From NCBI RefSeq assembly GCF_003334335.1, contig NZ_QOWQ01000001.1: a stretch of 64,000 nucleotides of DNA; one strand, written 5' to 3'. This stretch comes from Escherichia coli. Lineage in GTDB: Bacteria; Pseudomonadota; Gammaproteobacteria; Enterobacterales; Enterobacteriaceae. The notes beneath the pieces are model-generated. The model saw only the letters and a program-made list of their open reading frames with translations, had not been told where the DNA came from and searched no databases. Shown here piece by piece: positions 24,707-34,324 of the stretch (position 1 is its first letter; every line of letters starts with the position of its first letter). The position numbers and the translations under genes are program-made.

Positions 24707-26440
24707 GTGAAACAACAGATACAACTTCGTCGCCGTGAAGTCGATGAAACGGCAGACTTGCCCGCTGAATTGCCTCCCTTGCTGCGCCGTTTATACGCCA
24801 GCCGGGGAGTACGCAGTGCGCAAGAACTGGAACGCAGTGTTAAAGGTATGCTGCCCTGGCAGCAACTGAGCGGCGTCGAAAAGGCCGTTGAGATCCTTTA
24901 CAACGCTTTTCGCGAAGGAACGCGGATTATTGTGGTCGGTGATTTCGACGCCGACGGCGCGACCAGCACGGCTCTAAGCGTGCTGGCGATGCGCTCGCTT
25001 GGTTGCAGCAATATCGACTACCTGGTACCAAACCGTTTCGAAGACGGTTACGGCTTAAGCCCGGAAGTGGTCGATCAGGCCCATGCCCGTGGCGCGCAGT
25101 TAATTGTCACGGTGGATAACGGTATTTCCTCCCATGCGGGGGTTGAGCACGCTCGCTCGTTGGGCATCCCGGTTATTGTTACCGATCACCATTTGCCAGG
25201 CGACACATTACCCGCAGCGGAAGCGATCATTAACCCTAACTTGCGCGACTGTAATTTCCCGTCGAAATCACTGGCAGGCGTGGGTGTGGCGTTTTATCTG
25301 ATGCTGGCGCTGCGCACCTTTTTGCGCGATCAGGGCTGGTTTGATGAGCGTAACATCGCAATTCCTAACCTGGCAGAACTGCTGGATCTGGTCGCGCTGG
25401 GGACAGTGGCGGACGTCGTGCCGCTGGACGCTAATAATCGCATTCTGACCTGGCAGGGGATGAGTCGCATCCGAGCCGGAAAGTGCCGTCCGGGGATTAA
25501 AGCGCTGCTTGAAGTGGCAAACCGTGATGCACAAAAACTCGCCGCCAGCGATTTAGGTTTTGCGCTGGGGCCACGTCTCAATGCTGCCGGACGACTGGAC
25601 GATATGTCCGTCGGTGTGGCGCTGTTGTTGTGCGACAACATCGGCGAAGCGCGCGTGCTGGCAAATGAACTCGATGCGCTAAACCAGACGCGAAAAGAGA
25701 TCGAACAAGGAATGCAAATTGAAGCCCTGACCCTGTGCGAGAAACTGGAGCGCAGCCGTGACACGCTACCCGGCGGGCTGGCAATGTATCACCCCGAATG
25801 GCATCAGGGCGTTGTCGGTATTCTGGCTTCGCGCATCAAAGAGCGTTTTCACCGTCCGGTTATCGCGTTTGCGCCAGCAGGTGACGGTACGCTGAAAGGT
25901 TCCGGTCGCTCCATTCAGGGGCTGCATATGCGTGATGCGCTGGAGCGATTAGACACACTCTACCCTGGCATGATGCTGAAGTTTGGCGGTCATGCGATGG
26001 CGGCGGGTTTGTCGCTGGAAGAGGATAAATTCAAACTCTTTCAACAACGGTTTGGCGAACTGGTTACTGAGTGGCTGGACCCTTCGCTATTGCAAGGCGA
26101 AGTGGTATCAGACGGTCCGTTAAGCCCGGCCGAAATGACCATGGAAGTGGCGCAGCTGCTGCGCGATGCTGGCCCGTGGGGGCAGATGTTCCCGGAGCCG
26201 CTGTTTGACGGTCATTTCCGTCTGCTGCAACAGCGGCTGGTGGGCGAACGTCATTTGAAGGTGATGGTCGAACCGGTCGGCGGCGGTCCACTGCTGGATG
26301 GTATTGCTTTTAATGTCGATACCGCCCTCTGGCCGGATAACGGCGTGCGCGAAGTGCAACTGGCTTATAAGCTCGATATCAACGAGTTTCGCGGCAACCG
26401 CAGCCTGCAAATTATCATCGACAATATCTGGCCAATTTAG
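24707..26440 (+). CDS. recJ: Single-stranded-DNA-specific 5'-3' exonuclease RecJ
   Basis: 577 aa with a GTG start and DHH motif (VTDHHLP). Confidence 0.96.
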   Translation: MKQQIQLRRREVDETADLPAELPPLLRRLYASRGVRSAQELERSVKGMLPWQQLSGVEKAVEILYNAFREGTRIIVVGDFDADGATSTALSVLAMRSLGCSNIDYLVPNRFEDGYGLSPEVVDQAHARGAQLIVTVDNGISSHAGVEHARSLGIPVIVTDHHLPGDTLPAAEAIINPNLRDCNFPSKSLAGVGVAFYLMLALRTFLRDQGWFDERNIAIPNLAELLDLVALGTVADVVPLDANNRILTWQGMSRIRAGKCRPGIKALLEVANRDAQKLAASDLGFALGPRLNAAGRLDDMSVGVALLLCDNIGEARVLANELDALNQTRKEIEQGMQIEALTLCEKLERSRDTLPGGLAMYHPEWHQGVVGILASRIKERFHRPVIAFAPAGDGTLKGSGRSIQGLHMRDALERLDTLYPGMMLKFGGHAMAAGLSLEEDKFKLFQQRFGELVTEWLDPSLLQGEVVSDGPLSPAEMTMEVAQLLRDAGPWGQMFPEPLFDGHFRLLQQRLVGERHLKVMVEPVGGGPLLDGIAFNVDTALWPDNGVREVQLAYKLDINEFRGNRSLQIIIDNIWPI

Positions 26441-26530
26441 CGTCATCTTCTCTATAAAAAAGAGCGTGGATTGGGTACAATCCCGCTCTTATCACCGCAT
26501 TTTGACTAGCTCAATAAAAGAAATCAGACC

Positions 26531-27629
26531 ATGTTTGAAATTAATCCGGTAAATAATCGCATTCAGGACCTCACGGAACGCTCCGACGTTCTTAGGGGGT
26601 ATCTTTGACTACGACGCCAAGAAAGAGCGTCTGGAAGAAGTAAACGCCGAGCTGGAACAGCCGGATGTCTGGAACGAACCCGAACGCGCACAGGCGCTGG
26701 GTAAAGAGCGTTCCTCCCTCGAAGCCGTTGTCGACACCCTCGACCAAATGAAACAGGGGCTGGAAGATGTTTCTGGTCTGCTGGAACTGGCTGTAGAAGC
26801 TGACGACGAAGAAACCTTTAACGAAGCCGTTGCTGAACTCGACGCCCTGGAAGAAAAACTGGCGCAGCTTGAGTTCCGCCGTATGTTCTCTGGCGAATAT
26901 GACAGCGCCGACTGCTACCTCGATATTCAGGCGGGGTCTGGCGGTACGGAAGCACAGGACTGGGCGAGCATGCTTGAGCGTATGTATCTGCGCTGGGCAG
27001 AATCGCGTGGTTTCAAAACTGAAATCATCGAAGAGTCGGAAGGTGAAGTGGCGGGTATTAAATCCGTGACGATCAAAATCTCCGGCGATTACGCTTACGG
27101 CTGGCTGCGTACAGAAACCGGCGTTCACCGCCTGGTGCGTAAAAGCCCGTTTGACTCCGGCGGTCGTCGCCACACGTCGTTCAGCTCCGCGTTTGTTTAT
27201 CCGGAAGTTGATGATGATATTGATATCGAAATCAACCCGGCGGATCTGCGCATTGACGTTTATCGCGCGTCCGGCGCGGGCGGTCAGCACGTTAACCGTA
27301 CCGAATCTGCGGTGCGTATTACCCACATCCCGACCGGGATCGTGACCCAGTGCCAGAACGACCGTTCCCAGCACAAGAACAAAGATCAGGCCATGAAGCA
27401 GATGAAAGCGAAGCTTTATGAACTGGAGATGCAGAAGAAAAATGCCGAGAAACAGGCGATGGAAGATAACAAATCCGACATCGGCTGGGGCAGCCAGATT
27501 CGTTCTTATGTCCTTGATGACTCCCGCATTAAAGATCTGCGCACCGGGGTAGAAACCCGCAACACGCAGGCCGTGCTGGACGGCAGCCTGGATCAATTTA
27601 TCGAAGCAAGTTTGAAAGCAGGGTTATGA
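26531..27629 (+). CDS. prfB: Peptide chain release factor 2, made by a programmed +1 frameshift (join 26531..26605, 26607..27629)
   Basis: Frame 0 reads [25 protein letters not shown] then TGA at 26606. The +1 frame continues as [12 protein letters not shown]... into track ORF 26748..27629. 25 + 340 = 365 aa. The GGQ motif SGAGGQHVN is present. Confidence 0.96.
26591..26609 (+). promoter_or_regulatory. prfB autoregulatory +1 frameshift site: internal SD AGGGGG + CTT TGA C
   Basis: CTTAGGGGGTATCTTTGAC was read directly. The UGA-C stop context sits 3 nt after an SD-like AGGGGG. Confidence 0.95.
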
Positions 27630-27638
27630 GGAACCAAC

Positions 27639-29156
27639 ATGTCTGAACAACACGCACAGGGCGCTGACGCGGTAGTCGATCTTAACAATGAACTGAAAAC
27701 GCGTCGTGAGAAGCTGGCGAACCTGCGCGAGCAGGGGATTGCCTTCCCGAACGATTTCCGTCGCGATCATACCTCTGACCAATTGCACGCAGAATTCGAC
27801 GGCAAAGAGAACGAAGAACTGGAAGCGCTGAACATCGAAGTCGCCGTTGCTGGCCGCATGATGACCCGTCGTATTATGGGTAAAGCGTCTTTCGTTACCC
27901 TGCAGGACGTTGGCGGTCGCATTCAGCTGTACGTTGCCCGTGACGATCTCCCGGAAGGCGTTTATAACGAGCAGTTCAAAAAATGGGACCTCGGCGACAT
28001 CCTCGGCGCGAAAGGTAAGCTGTTCAAAACCAAAACCGGCGAACTGTCTATCCACTGCACCGAGTTGCGTCTGCTGACCAAAGCACTGCGTCCGCTGCCG
28101 GATAAATTCCACGGCTTGCAGGATCAGGAAGCGCGCTATCGTCAGCGTTATCTCGATCTCATCTCCAACGATGAATCCCGCAACACCTTTAAAGTGCGCT
28201 CGCAGATCCTCTCTGGTATTCGCCAGTTCATGGTGAACCGCGGCTTTATGGAAGTTGAAACGCCGATGATGCAGGTGATCCCTGGCGGTGCCGCTGCGCG
28301 TCCGTTTATCACCCACCATAACGCGCTGGATCTCGACATGTACCTGCGTATCGCGCCGGAACTGTACCTCAAGCGTCTGGTGGTTGGTGGCTTCGAGCGT
28401 GTATTCGAAATCAACCGTAACTTCCGTAACGAAGGTATTTCCGTACGTCATAACCCAGAGTTCACCATGATGGAACTCTACATGGCTTACGCAGATTACA
28501 AAGATCTGATCGAGCTGACCGAATCGCTGTTCCGTACTCTGGCACAGGATATTCTCGGTAAGACGGAAGTGACCTACGGCGACGTGACGCTGGACTTCGG
28601 TAAACCGTTCGAAAAACTGACCATGCGTGAAGCGATCAAGAAATATCGCCCGGAAACCGACATGGCGGATCTGGACAACTTCGACTCTGCGAAAGCAATT
28701 GCTGAATCTATCGGCATCCACGTTGAGAAGAGCTGGGGTCTGGGCCGTATCGTTACCGAGATCTTCGAAGAAGTGGCAGAAGCACATCTGATTCAGCCGA
28801 CCTTCATTACTGAATATCCGGCAGAAGTTTCTCCGCTGGCGCGTCGTAACGACGTTAACCCGGAAATCACAGACCGCTTTGAGTTCTTCATTGGTGGTCG
28901 TGAAATCGGTAACGGCTTTAGCGAGCTGAATGACGCGGAAGATCAGGCGCAACGCTTCCTGGATCAGGTTGCCGCGAAAGACGCAGGTGACGACGAAGCG
29001 ATGTTCTACGATGAAGATTACGTCACCGCACTGGAACATGGCTTACCGCCGACAGCAGGTCTGGGAATTGGTATCGACCGTATGGTAATGCTGTTCACCA
29101 ACAGCCATACCATCCGCGACGTTATTCTGTTCCCGGCGATGCGTCCGGTAAAATAA
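27639..29156 (+). CDS. lysS: Lysine--tRNA ligase (constitutive, class II)
   Basis: 505-aa ORF starting 9 nt after the prfB stop. Confidence 0.97.
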
Positions 29157-29174
29157 GCATTACGTTATGCTCAC

Positions 29175-29201
29175 AACCCCGGCAAATGTCGGGGTTTTTT
29201 T
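29175..29201 (+). terminator. Rho-independent terminator of prfB-lysS; its T-run overlaps the idi stop codon
   Basis: AACCCCG-N8-CGGGGTT followed by TTTTTTT. Confidence 0.8.
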
Positions 29202-29748
29202 ATTTAAGCTGGGTAAATGCAGATAATCGTTTTCTGGCTTCGCGATTTGTCGCCTGCATCACCATCCACGGACTGAACGCCCACGGCGTGGCATCAATAC
29301 CGTGTAATACATCTGCTAAATCACACCATTGATAATCCATCACTTCATCATCATTGATCTGTAACGCACTAGTGGAGCGTGCGGCAAATACCGGACACAC
29401 TTCATTTTCCACAATGCCACTCGGATCGGTGGCGCGGTAGCGAAAGTCAGGATAGATAGATTCAGGAGGCGTAATTTCCACGCCAAGCTCATAACGGCAA
29501 CGGCGGATCACTGCGTCTTCGTTGCTTTCTCCCAGTTGTGGGTGCCCACAAACCGAGTTAGTCCACACGCCAGGCCATGCTTTTTTGCTCAGTGCGCGGC
29601 GGGTAACTAATAATTGTCCTTTGGCATTAAACAGCCAACTGGAGAACGCGAGATGTAAGCGGGTGTCTGCCGTGTGTGCGGCATACTTTTCCAGCGTACC
29701 CGTGGGAACTCCCTGTGCATTCAATAAAATGACGTGTTCCGTTTGCAT
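29200..29748 (-). CDS. idi: Isopentenyl-diphosphate delta-isomerase (type 1, Nudix fold)
   Basis: 182-aa ORF with ...[30 protein letters not shown]... Confidence 0.95.
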   Translation of the reverse strand: MQTEHVILLNAQGVPTGTLEKYAAHTADTRLHLAFSSWLFNAKGQLLVTRRALSKKAWPGVWTNSVCGHPQLGESNEDAVIRRCRYELGVEITPPESIYPDFRYRATDPSGIVENEVCPVFAARSTSALQINDDEVMDYQWCDLADVLHGIDATPWAFSPWMVMQATNREARKRLSAFTQLK

Positions 29749-29870
29749 AATTTCTCACATGTAATTCTGATCACTCATCATTATAGATAATTGAAGAGTG
29801 AAATGATTAACCAAGTGAGCGTTTATCGACAACCGCCCGTTTTGAGCGGATGCCGACAGGTAAAAACCAT

Positions 29871-29996
29871 TTAAAAAAGTAGCATCATATATTTGAAGCG
29901 ACTTTCAATGGCCATTGCAACACAGTCAGAAATGACAGGAATAGAGAGAGTAAAAAGCAACAACAGACTGAATATAGCGCGCATTAAAAAATTCAT
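29871..29996 (-). CDS. yqfG: 41-codon small hydrophobic protein, translationally abutted to the uacT stop (below the ORF-track cutoff)
   Basis: The minus strand reads ATG AAT TTT TTA ATG ... TAA, which translates to MNFLMRAIFSLLLLFTLSIPVISDCVAMAIESRFKYMMLLF. The ATG at 29996 is 1 nt after the uacT TAA (30000-29998). The gene name is recalled from the K-12 small-protein list. Confidence 0.55.
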   Translation of the reverse strand: MNFLMRAIFSLLLLFTLSIPVISDCVAMAIESRFKYMMLLF

Positions 29997-29997
29997 A

Positions 29998-31446
29998 TTA
30001 TTCTCCATGCTCATTTTTCTTCAGCTTGCGCATCAGAAGCCACATACGTACTGTCCTGACTTTTAAATCTTTATCAGAGACGGATTCCTTCACCAGGTCA
30101 GCATGATGCTGATAGCCATTAAAGAAGACGTTCAGCACAACGGCGCTAAGGGTTGCGAGCATAATGCCGCTATGTAGCAGCGGTTGCAGTACGGCCGGTA
30201 ACTTAGAAAAGAAATCGTGAGAGAGCGTCGGAGTCATGCCAACGCCGAGACTGATCGCCACAATATAGAGGTTGTAACGGTTGGTGGTGTAGTTACAGCG
30301 CGACAGAATTCGAATCCCTGTCGCCAGTACCATGCCGAACATCACTAGACCAGCGCCGCCCAGCACAAATTGCGGAATGGAGGCTACCAGCACCGCCATT
30401 TTTGGCACCATGCCAAACAGGATTAATATAATTCCCGAAGAAATACACACCCAGCGGCTATGAACGCGCGTCACGCTAACCAGGCCAACGTTTTGAGAAA
30501 ATGACGTGTGGGGGAAGCTGTTAAACGTGCCGCCTATCATTGTCCCTACGCCATCGACACGCAGCCCGCGAATAATATCGTGCGAAGAGAGTTTACGACC
30601 GACTATTTCACCCAGTGCCAGGAACATCCCCATCGACTCGATAAACACGATGATTAACACGGCAGTCATGGTCAGAATGGAAACGGGATCGAAAATCGGC
30701 ATACCAAACGACATCGGCGTAACAATCGCAAACCATGAAGCATCATGTAGCCCGGATAAATTGACTTCATTCATCATCCACGAAAGTAAAAAGCCAAATA
30801 CAATCCCCAGTAATACGGCGACGTTGGACATAAATCCTTTCGCATAGCGAGTAATGAGCAAGATAAAAATTAAGACGGCAAAGGAGATACCTAAATAAAC
30901 GGGATTACCATATTGCGGATTCCCTTTACCTCCGGCGGCCCAGTCAATACCCACCTGAATGATGCTAAGCCCGATAGAAGTAATAACCACACCGGTAACC
31001 AGTGGCGGGAATAAAGGCATCAAGCGACCGATAAGTGGCGCTAATAATGTGGTGATAAAACCCGCGGCGATAGTGGCACCAAATATCCCCAGCAGGCCGA
31101 TATCCGGGTTCATCCCAATGGCTATCATTGGTGTTACAGCAGCAAAGGTCACCGACATAATCACCGGCAGGCGGATCCCCATAAAGCGGCCGATACCGAT
31201 ACATTGCAATAATGTGACGATCCCGCAGCAAAAGAGATCCGAGCTAATGAGCATCGCAATAGCTTCTTTTGAGAGGCCCAGTCGGTCACCAATCATAAGA
31301 GGAACAGCGACTGCACCTGCGTACATGACAAGGACGTGTTGCAGACCGAGTATGATCAGCTTTCCTGGTGATAATATGCGGTCAACCTCATCAGTTGGGC
31401 GGTCTTGCCCAGAAGATGAGGGAAGTTGGGAATCTATGGCGCTCAT
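29998..31446 (-). CDS. uacT: Uric acid:H+ symporter, NAT/NCS2 family (YgfU)
   Basis: ORF 29998..31575 trimmed to ATG 31446, preceded by AAGGAGA. Sequence MSAIDSQLPSSSGQDRPTDE..., 482 aa. NAT signature FSQNVGLVSVTRVHSR. Confidence 0.93.
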   Translation of the reverse strand: MSAIDSQLPSSSGQDRPTDEVDRILSPGKLIILGLQHVLVMYAGAVAVPLMIGDRLGLSKEAIAMLISSDLFCCGIVTLLQCIGIGRFMGIRLPVIMSVTFAAVTPMIAIGMNPDIGLLGIFGATIAAGFITTLLAPLIGRLMPLFPPLVTGVVITSIGLSIIQVGIDWAAGGKGNPQYGNPVYLGISFAVLIFILLITRYAKGFMSNVAVLLGIVFGFLLSWMMNEVNLSGLHDASWFAIVTPMSFGMPIFDPVSILTMTAVLIIVFIESMGMFLALGEIVGRKLSSHDIIRGLRVDGVGTMIGGTFNSFPHTSFSQNVGLVSVTRVHSRWVCISSGIILILFGMVPKMAVLVASIPQFVLGGAGLVMFGMVLATGIRILSRCNYTTNRYNLYIVAISLGVGMTPTLSHDFFSKLPAVLQPLLHSGIMLATLSAVVLNVFFNGYQHHADLVKESVSDKDLKVRTVRMWLLMRKLKKNEHGE

Positions 31447-31477
31447 CAGTGTTTCTCCTTTCGCCCGCCAGAGTAAA

Positions 31478-31493
31478 AAGCAACCGTTTACGT
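31478..31493. promoter_or_regulatory. PurR-box-like palindrome in the uacT leader
   Basis: AAGCAACCGTTTACGT (minus strand ACGTAAACGGTTGCTT) matches ACGCAAACGTTTGCGT at 13/16, with the central CG kept. It lies between the candidate promoter and the uacT SD. Confidence 0.4.
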
Positions 31494-31514
31494 TAATGAA
31501 ACTGTCTAAACACA

Positions 31515-31530
31515 TGCTCGTGGAGTGCCA
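31515..31530 (-). promoter_or_regulatory. Candidate sigma54 (-24/-12) promoter reading into uacT
   Basis: The minus strand reads CTGGCAC-TCCAC-GAGCA. The -24 element is perfect and GG-N10-GC spacing is exact. The -12 flank is GA instead of TT. The -12 GC is about 70 nt upstream of the ATG. Confidence 0.35.
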
Positions 31531-31641
31531 GTTTTTGCGAGGAAGGGGAGTTAGAGACAGGAATTGCGGAGGCAATCACATAATCGTGGTTAAACCACGA
31601 AAATGAGAAGAGAACCTGACAATGGAATTATCTGTAATTTT

Positions 31642-31653
31642 CTCATATTGATA
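31642..31653 (+). promoter_or_regulatory. Conserved 12-mer box CTCATATTGATA, copy 1 of 3
   Basis: Exact match to 56860-56871 (+) and 62677-62688 (-). The extended match to the 56852 copy is GTAATT(TT)CTCATATTGATAT. Confidence 0.4.
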
Positions 31654-31881
31654 TTTCATTAATCATTCTGGCATGTCGCACTCTCGCATTTAATCGTTTT
31701 TATCTGGATAGCGCTCTTTTGATCGGCAATGTTGAAATAATGAAAGCGGCATAGATTGAGGGGCAATAATTTGAACTCAGTCGCAAAATTATAATTAAAA
31801 CGGTCATGCTACCTAATATATGCCCGTTTATTGCATCGCGAAATTTGAGAAGACATAACTCATTAAATGAAAGGGATGCAA

Positions 31882-33801
31882 ATGAATAAGTTTATTGCTG
31901 CTGAAGCTGCGGAATGTATAGGCTGTCATGCTTGTGAAATTGCCTGTGCGGTGGCACACAATCAAGAAAACTGGCCGCTGAGTCACAGTGACTTTCGACC
32001 GCGTATCCACGTTGTAGGGAAAGGCCAGGCTGCGAATCCGGTGGCCTGCCATCACTGCAACAATGCCCCTTGCGTTACGGCTTGTCCGGTTAATGCTCTG
32101 ACTTTCCAGTCCGATAGCGTACAACTGGACGAGCAAAAATGTATTGGTTGTAAAAGATGCGCAATCGCTTGCCCCTTTGGCGTCGTTGAGATGGTCGATA
32201 CGATTGCGCAGAAATGCGACCTTTGTAACCAGCGCAGTTCCGGCACGCAAGCCTGTATTGAAGTTTGCCCAACACAGGCGTTACGACTGATGGACGATAA
32301 AGGGTTGCAGCAGATAAAGGTGGCCCGCCAGCGCAAAACGGCAGCAGGAAAAGCGTCATCAGACGCTCAGCCATCTCGCAGTGCAGCGTTGCTCCCCGTT
32401 AACTCGCGTAAAGGCGCAGATAAAATTTCAGCGAGTGAACGGAAAACCCACTTTGGCGAAATATATTGCGGGCTGGATCCACAACAAGCGACTTATGAGA
32501 GTGACCGCTGTGTTTATTGTGCCGAAAAAGCTAACTGCAACTGGCATTGCCCGCTGCATAACGCTATTCCGGATTACATCCGTCTGGTACAGGAAGGAAA
32601 GATTATTGAAGCGGCAGAACTTTGCCACCAGACCAGTTCCTTACCAGAAATTTGCGGCAGGGTATGTCCACAGGACCGTCTTTGTGAAGGCGCATGTACT
32701 TTGAAAGATCACTCGGGCGCAGTCTCTATCGGTAATCTGGAACGCTACATCACCGATACCGCGCTGGCGATGGGCTGGCGTCCCGATGTCAGCAAAGTTG
32801 TTCCCCGTAGCGAAAAAGTGGCGGTGATTGGCGCTGGGCCTGCAGGGTTAGGGTGTGCTGATATTCTGGCGCGCGCAGGAGTTCAGGTCGATGTCTTTGA
32901 TCGCCATCCAGAAATTGGCGGTATGCTGACTTTTGGCATTCCTCCTTTCAAACTCGATAAAACGGTATTAAGCCAGCGGCGAGAGATATTCACCGCAATG
33001 GGAATCGACTTTCATCTTAACTGTGAAATTGGCCGCGATATTACCTTTAGCGATTTAACTTCTGAATATGATGCAGTTTTCATCGGCGTGGGGACTTACG
33101 GGATGATGCGAGCAGATCTGCCGCATGAAGATGCGCCCGGTGTCATTCAGGCTCTACCGTTCCTGACTGCCCATACCCGCCAGCTCATGGGATTGCCGGA
33201 GTCTGAAGAGTATCCGCTGACGGACGTGGAAGGTAAGCGAGTCGTGGTATTGGGCGGTGGCGATACGACAATGGATTGTTTGCGGACTTCCATCCGCCTC
33301 AATGCCGCCAGCGTGACCTGCGCGTATCGTCGTGATGAAGTCAGTATGCCGGGCTCGCGCAAAGAGGTGGTTAATGCGCGCGAGGAAGGTGTCGAGTTTC
33401 AGTTCAATGTTCAACCGCAATATATCGCTTGTGACGAAGATGGGCGTTTAACTGCGGTGGGCCTGATTCGTACCGCCATGGGTGAGCCGGGGCCGGATGG
33501 TCGCCGTCGTCCTCGTCCGGTAGCGGGTTCAGAGTTTGAATTGCCCGCCGATGTTCTGATTATGGCCTTTGGTTTCCAGGCGCATGCCATGCCGTGGTTG
33601 CAGGGCAGCGGAATTAAACTCGATAAATGGGGCCTGATTCAAACCGGTGACGTCGGGTATTTACCTACCCAGACGCATCTGAAAAAAGTCTTTGCTGGTG
33701 GTGATGCAGTTCATGGCGCGGATCTGGTTGTCACTGCAATGGCCGCAGGAAGGCAGGCGGCGCGCGATATGTTAACTCTGTTTGATACGAAGGCATCGTG
33801 A
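31882..33801 (+). CDS. ygfT: Fused 4x[4Fe-4S] ferredoxin / GltD-like NAD(P)H flavin oxidoreductase (AegA paralogue)
   Basis: ORF 31867..33801 trimmed to [18 protein letters not shown] (639 aa). It has four CxxCxxCxxxCP-type motifs, then [13 protein letters not shown]...[15 protein letters not shown], then [14 protein letters not shown] and [13 protein letters not shown]. Confidence 0.92.
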
Positions 33802-34289
33802 TGAAATCGTTAATTATCGTTAATCCGGCTGACTGTATTGGCTGCCGTACTTGTGAAGTAGCCTGTGTGGTCGCTCACCCTTCAGAACAGGAGTTGAATG
33901 CCGATGTCTTTTTACCCCGGCTGAAGGTACAGCGACTGGACAGCATCAGTGCGCCGGTGATGTGCCATCAGTGTGAAAACGCCCCTTGTGTTGGCGCTTG
34001 CCCCGTGGGGGCGCTGACGATGGGCGAGCAGGTGGTGCAGACCAATTCTGCCCGTTGTATTGGCTGTCAGAGTTGCGTCAGTGCGTGCCCGTTTGGAATG
34101 ATCACCATTCAGTCGTTGCCGGGGGATACCCGACAACAAATTGTGAAATGCGATCTCTGTGAACAGCGGGAAGAGGGGCCAGCCTGCGTTGAATCTTGCC
34201 CAACACAGGCGCTGCAGTTGCTTACTGAAAGAGAACTCAGGCGAGTCCGCCAGCAGCGTATTGTTGCCAGCGGTGAGAATCCTCTCTGA
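33801..34289 (+). CDS. ygfS: 4x[4Fe-4S] ferredoxin-type protein (HydN-like)
   Basis: ATG 33801 overlaps the ygfT TGA (TGATG). The 162 aa are colinear with residues 1-160 of YgfT ([11 protein letters not shown] / [14 protein letters not shown] / [12 protein letters not shown] / CDLCEQ...CVESCP). Confidence 0.92.
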
Positions 34290-34295
34290 AAGAAA

Positions 34296-34319
34296 TCTCC
34301 GCGCTGAAAGGCGCGGAGA
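34296..34319. terminator. Bidirectional hairpin between convergent ygfS and ghxQ
   Basis: TCTCCGCGC-tgaaag-GCGCGGAGA. Confidence 0.65.
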
Positions 34320-34324
34320 ATCTA

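Noticed and set aside
26592-29039. Long antisense ORFs opposite prfB (26592..27596, 334 aa) and lysS (27624..29039, 471 aa)
   Set aside because: They lie fully inside strongly supported, recognisable genes on the other strand. Their translations are low-complexity (R/F/V/Q-rich) with no family motifs or SD. These are typical shadow ORFs of highly codon-biased genes.
31669-31690. CTGGCATGTCGCACTCTCGCA on the plus strand upstream of ygfT, as a possible sigma54 promoter
   Set aside because: GC dinucleotides fall 8 and 16 nt after the GG rather than 12, so the -24/-12 phasing is wrong.
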